Below, piece after piece: positions 61,026 through 64,000 of a stretch of 64,000 nucleotides of DNA. Source of the stretch: Parcubacteria group bacterium Gr01-1014_3 (GTDB lineage Bacteria > Patescibacteriota > Minisyncoccia > UBA6257 > WO2-44-18); the NCBI GenBank assembly GCA_007376445.1, contig VMGF01000001.1:21802-85801 (forward strand), given 5' to 3'. Each line of letters opens with the position of its first letter. The stretch's first letter is position 1. Below the pieces are notes generated by a model. The model searched no databases. It saw only the letters and a list, made by a program, of their open reading frames with translations, and was not told where the DNA came from. Made by a program: the position numbers and the translations under genes.

Positions 61026-61457
61026 ATGAGTAATCGACTGAACATTTGGTTGGGCGGAGGAAGCGTTAATTATCCGAAATCCGCGCATCCGTGGGTCAAG
61101 AATTGGCGCGCGACCTTTCGACGGTTCGTCAGAGAAAAGGGCCTGGATGTCAGCGAGGTTTTGGTGAAAGATTCCGCGGCATATTCCTTTGATACGCATC
61201 CGCTGGCCATGCAAGACTGTCATGTCGTCGTCGTGAATCTTCGCAAACTGCCAAAGTCAGAGGCCTACAAGACGATGCTTGAACTCGGCTGCGCCTACGG
61301 ACTTCTCAAGATGATCCTGGTCATTACCGACAAACAGACCCTAGAAAAATACTACCCGACCGTTAAGCTATTGAAGGCTCTCGTTGCCGAAGACATGGAC
61401 TCAGCCTTGAAATACATATTAGCCATGCCCGACTTGGTCTTCGCCAGAAAATCCTAA
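61026..61457 (+). CDS. nucleoside 2-deoxyribosyltransferase-like protein (SD-led)
   Basis: IWLGG, DCHVVVVNL, TMLELGCAYG; TAGGAGG upstream. Confidence 0.65.
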   Translation: MSNRLNIWLGGGSVNYPKSAHPWVKNWRATFRRFVREKGLDVSEVLVKDSAAYSFDTHPLAMQDCHVVVVNLRKLPKSEAYKTMLELGCAYGLLKMILVITDKQTLEKYYPTVKLLKALVAEDMDSALKYILAMPDLVFARKS

Positions 61458-61478
61458 CTGCCCATAATGGGCAGTTTT

Positions 61479-64000
61479 TTATTTGAAATAATGCCTAGTT
61501 TTGTCGGTGGCTAACAACCGAAGACCGTAGTTGTTGGGTTCATAACCAGGCTGATAGGCGTAATAAGCGAAAGTAAGATAGTCAGTTCCCGCGACCGGAG
61601 CAGTAATGAAATTCTCCGGCACTACCTTGAAGCTATGCAATCCTGGACCGACATTCGCCCAGTTCATTCCATAAGACGCGTGATTCCCGGCCATTCCATT
61701 ACAAGCCCCAGAATTATCCGGCAAAATTAAAGACGCGCCCTTAGTTATTGAGCCGCGACAGTTATCATATTCTATTTTTAATCCATTAGGCGCGTGCAAG
61801 CCCCATGTGCGGTATGGAACTTCGGTGCCGGTAAGGTCTAACCAAAAAATATCATCCGTAACCGGCGCTTCCTGGTTGTAATAAATAATCACCGCGTGCC
61901 AGTTGTTCGGCGCGATCTGGCCAGAGGTTATACTTGGCAGTTGTTTCAAGATAAATGGGTACGCGTCCCAGGTCAGATTAAGTAAATACGGCGAACCGGT
62001 CGCGGTGGCATCTTGGAAAAAATCTACGGCGCTAAAAAATCCGCCTGGATTTTTATTTGCCTGCGTTGTTGGTGAAATTAAGCCATCTTTATCTTTAGTA
62101 ATAATTTCAAAAGAATAATCCCGGCCAAGCTCAGCGATAATTCTCTTATACTGCCCCACCGAAGTGGTGGCAAGAGGCGTTGAACTGCCCGACAATATTT
62201 CTGCTAACGAATAAGTTAAATCGGGCAAGACATCCCAGTTTAAAATCAGCTCCATAGCCTGGGAGCTGAAGGTAGCATTGAAGTTGTTAACCGCGGCGGG
62301 CGCGGATCTCGGCTCCGGTAAACTGGTTTTATTTTGAGGTGCTGGCAGATCACGAACTTCCCAATCGGCTTGTGGTGAGCTTGCCGAACCATCCGTATCG
62401 CATCCGTTTCCTAAGAATTCGCCGCTACCGCTAGCGGTAACACAATCGTTCTGCCAAGCCTTCCTTTCCAGGCTGTAACCCGGAGAAAAACCGGTCAGCG
62501 CGCTAGTATCATAGTGAGCTGCGTCCACTCCGCTCGGGCTGGAAGTTGAAATATAATCAGTTGAATTAACCAGATAAATTGTTGCCGAAGTGTTGCTCAA
62601 GCTTCCGCTCGACCACAAGAGATCGCCAGCGCTATTCCCTCCCAACCAGATCAGGAAAAAACTTTTGGCCGCGACTGAATTTCCGGCTTCAAAGTTCTTC
62701 TTAGTTAAACTACCGGTTGAAGAAAGGTGTTGAATTGACCAGCTCGATAAATCCACGGCCTGATCGGTCGGGTTATATAGTTCGATCCATTCCTGATTTG
62801 TGTCCGCGCCTACAGCATCAAATAGAATTTCGCTGATAACTAAATGGCTGGCTTGCCCCGCCGTGACGATGGCCGGTTGTTGGGTTTGAGGGGGCTGTGG
62901 TTCGTTGTTTGTCGTTGGTTGTGAAGTTACTTGCGGTGCTGGCGGTGGCGTACTCGTGGTACTTGCGCCTGTCGGATTAAATGGCATCGTCCCAGCGCTG
63001 TTTTGAGCTTTAGGCGTACCATAAATGCCGTTCGTGGCGTTACCATCATAATTCCGCCAGGATAAATCCGCCTGGCGCTCCATCGTGCGCTTGCTGGAAT
63101 TATCCCCAGCTGACCAATCTGGCGCAGCCATTGCCTCATCAGCCAAATCACAATTTGAATTAAATAGCCTTAAGCCCTCACCGACATTGGATAGCGCGCC
63201 GGTATACTTTTGGTCCATGGTAACTCCTGGCACAGAATTATCATCAGTTCTTTCTAATAAATAAAATCCGCCGGGAACAAGTTTCCCGGTTAGTTTGGCC
63301 TTGATGTCATCGCCCATATCCAAAACCTGCCAACCGGAAAGATCAATTTCTTGGCCGGAGATATTTTTCAGCTCAATCCACTCGTCGCTGGTGCTGTTCA
63401 CCGAGCCCATCCAGGCAACCTCATTGATAACTAACTTTTTGTCATTCTGAGGAAGTTTGACGACCGAAGAATCTCCAAAAGAACACAGGTTAAGCGCGAC
63501 TATCTCTACCGGTATCGGCTCTATGATTTTTGGTGTTGGGACGATTTTTGGTTCAGTCGCCTGGACCACTGGCTCGATGACGTTGACCACGCTTGCGACG
63601 GGTTTTGGCGGTGCTGTGGGCGCAGGCTTGCCCACCGTAGCTTTAGCGGAGGTGGGCACCGGAACCTCCGGCACATTAGTCGTGGTATGAATCTCTGCTA
63701 GTACATCATATGGGCTCGTCGACTCCGCTCCACCAAAAATCTGATTAAAACCATCAACTAAAGTTCCCAGAAACGGCCGCCTCTGCTTTTCCAGCGTTAA
63801 CGCCTTTTTAGCCTTTTCGGCTTCTTGGAAAAATAAATTTATCGCGCCAGCCACATGCTGGGCGGCTTTGGTCGAGAGACGGAACCAGTAGTCTTGTAAT
63901 ACTGATTTTTCCTTTGCGTCATCTAATATCAGACTCTCCGATTTCCACAAGTTTTCACCGTCATCCAAAGAAATAGCAACTCGATAATCTCCGAATTCCT
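61479..64000 (-). CDS. large surface protein with two lamin-tail domains (probably 5'-partial)
   Basis: VINEVAW...DEWIELKN and VISEILFD...QEWIELYNP; Pro/Thr linkers; frame open to the window end. Confidence 0.85.
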   Translation of the reverse strand, partial: EFGDYRVAISLDDGENLWKSESLILDDAKEKSVLQDYWFRLSTKAAQHVAGAINLFFQEAEKAKKALTLEKQRRPFLGTLVDGFNQIFGGAESTSPYDVLAEIHTTTNVPEVPVPTSAKATVGKPAPTAPPKPVASVVNVIEPVVQATEPKIVPTPKIIEPIPVEIVALNLCSFGDSSVVKLPQNDKKLVINEVAWMGSVNSTSDEWIELKNISGQEIDLSGWQVLDMGDDIKAKLTGKLVPGGFYLLERTDDNSVPGVTMDQKYTGALSNVGEGLRLFNSNCDLADEAMAAPDWSAGDNSSKRTMERQADLSWRNYDGNATNGIYGTPKAQNSAGTMPFNPTGASTTSTPPPAPQVTSQPTTNNEPQPPQTQQPAIVTAGQASHLVISEILFDAVGADTNQEWIELYNPTDQAVDLSSWSIQHLSSTGSLTKKNFEAGNSVAAKSFFLIWLGGNSAGDLLWSSGSLSNTSATIYLVNSTDYISTSSPSGVDAAHYDTSALTGFSPGYSLERKAWQNDCVTASGSGEFLGNGCDTDGSASSPQADWEVRDLPAPQNKTSLPEPRSAPAAVNNFNATFSSQAMELILNWDVLPDLTYSLAEILSGSSTPLATTSVGQYKRIIAELGRDYSFEIITKDKDGLISPTTQANKNPGGFFSAVDFFQDATATGSPYLLNLTWDAYPFILKQLPSITSGQIAPNNWHAVIIYYNQEAPVTDDIFWLDLTGTEVPYRTWGLHAPNGLKIEYDNCRGSITKGASLILPDNSGACNGMAGNHASYGMNWANVGPGLHSFKVVPENFITAPVAGTDYLTFAYYAYQPGYEPNNYGLRLLATDKTRHYFK

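Overview
Chromosomal segment of a Patescibacteria (CPR, Parcubacteria-like) bacterium using genetic code 11. The backbone carries housekeeping genes (tsf, rpsB, secA, murB, rny, hup, ftsAZ, ybeY, rpsU, hisS, lepB, pth, rpmE, prfA, rplY, a pentose-phosphate/glycolysis cluster, type IV pilus genes) and tRNA-Ala(CGC). It also carries a stand-alone 16S rRNA gene that lacks the anti-Shine-Dalgarno tail and holds an 848-nt group II-like intron encoding a LAGLIDADG endonuclease. The most striking pattern is a second gene class. About 35 small accessory ORFs are scattered through the backbone, mostly as self-contained modules: sigma70 promoter, boxA-like motif, strong Shine-Dalgarno, short ORF, intrinsic terminator. 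The 16S seen here cannot pair with an SD, and nearly all core genes lack one. Some modules share a structured 5' leader, duplicated promoters, or tandem CTWTC-N6-GAWAG palindromes abutting the -35 box. The window is also dense in short palindromic or periodic repeats that nest inside each other and insert in frame into conserved proteins. All calls come from reading the sequence by eye; no database searches or folding programs were run.
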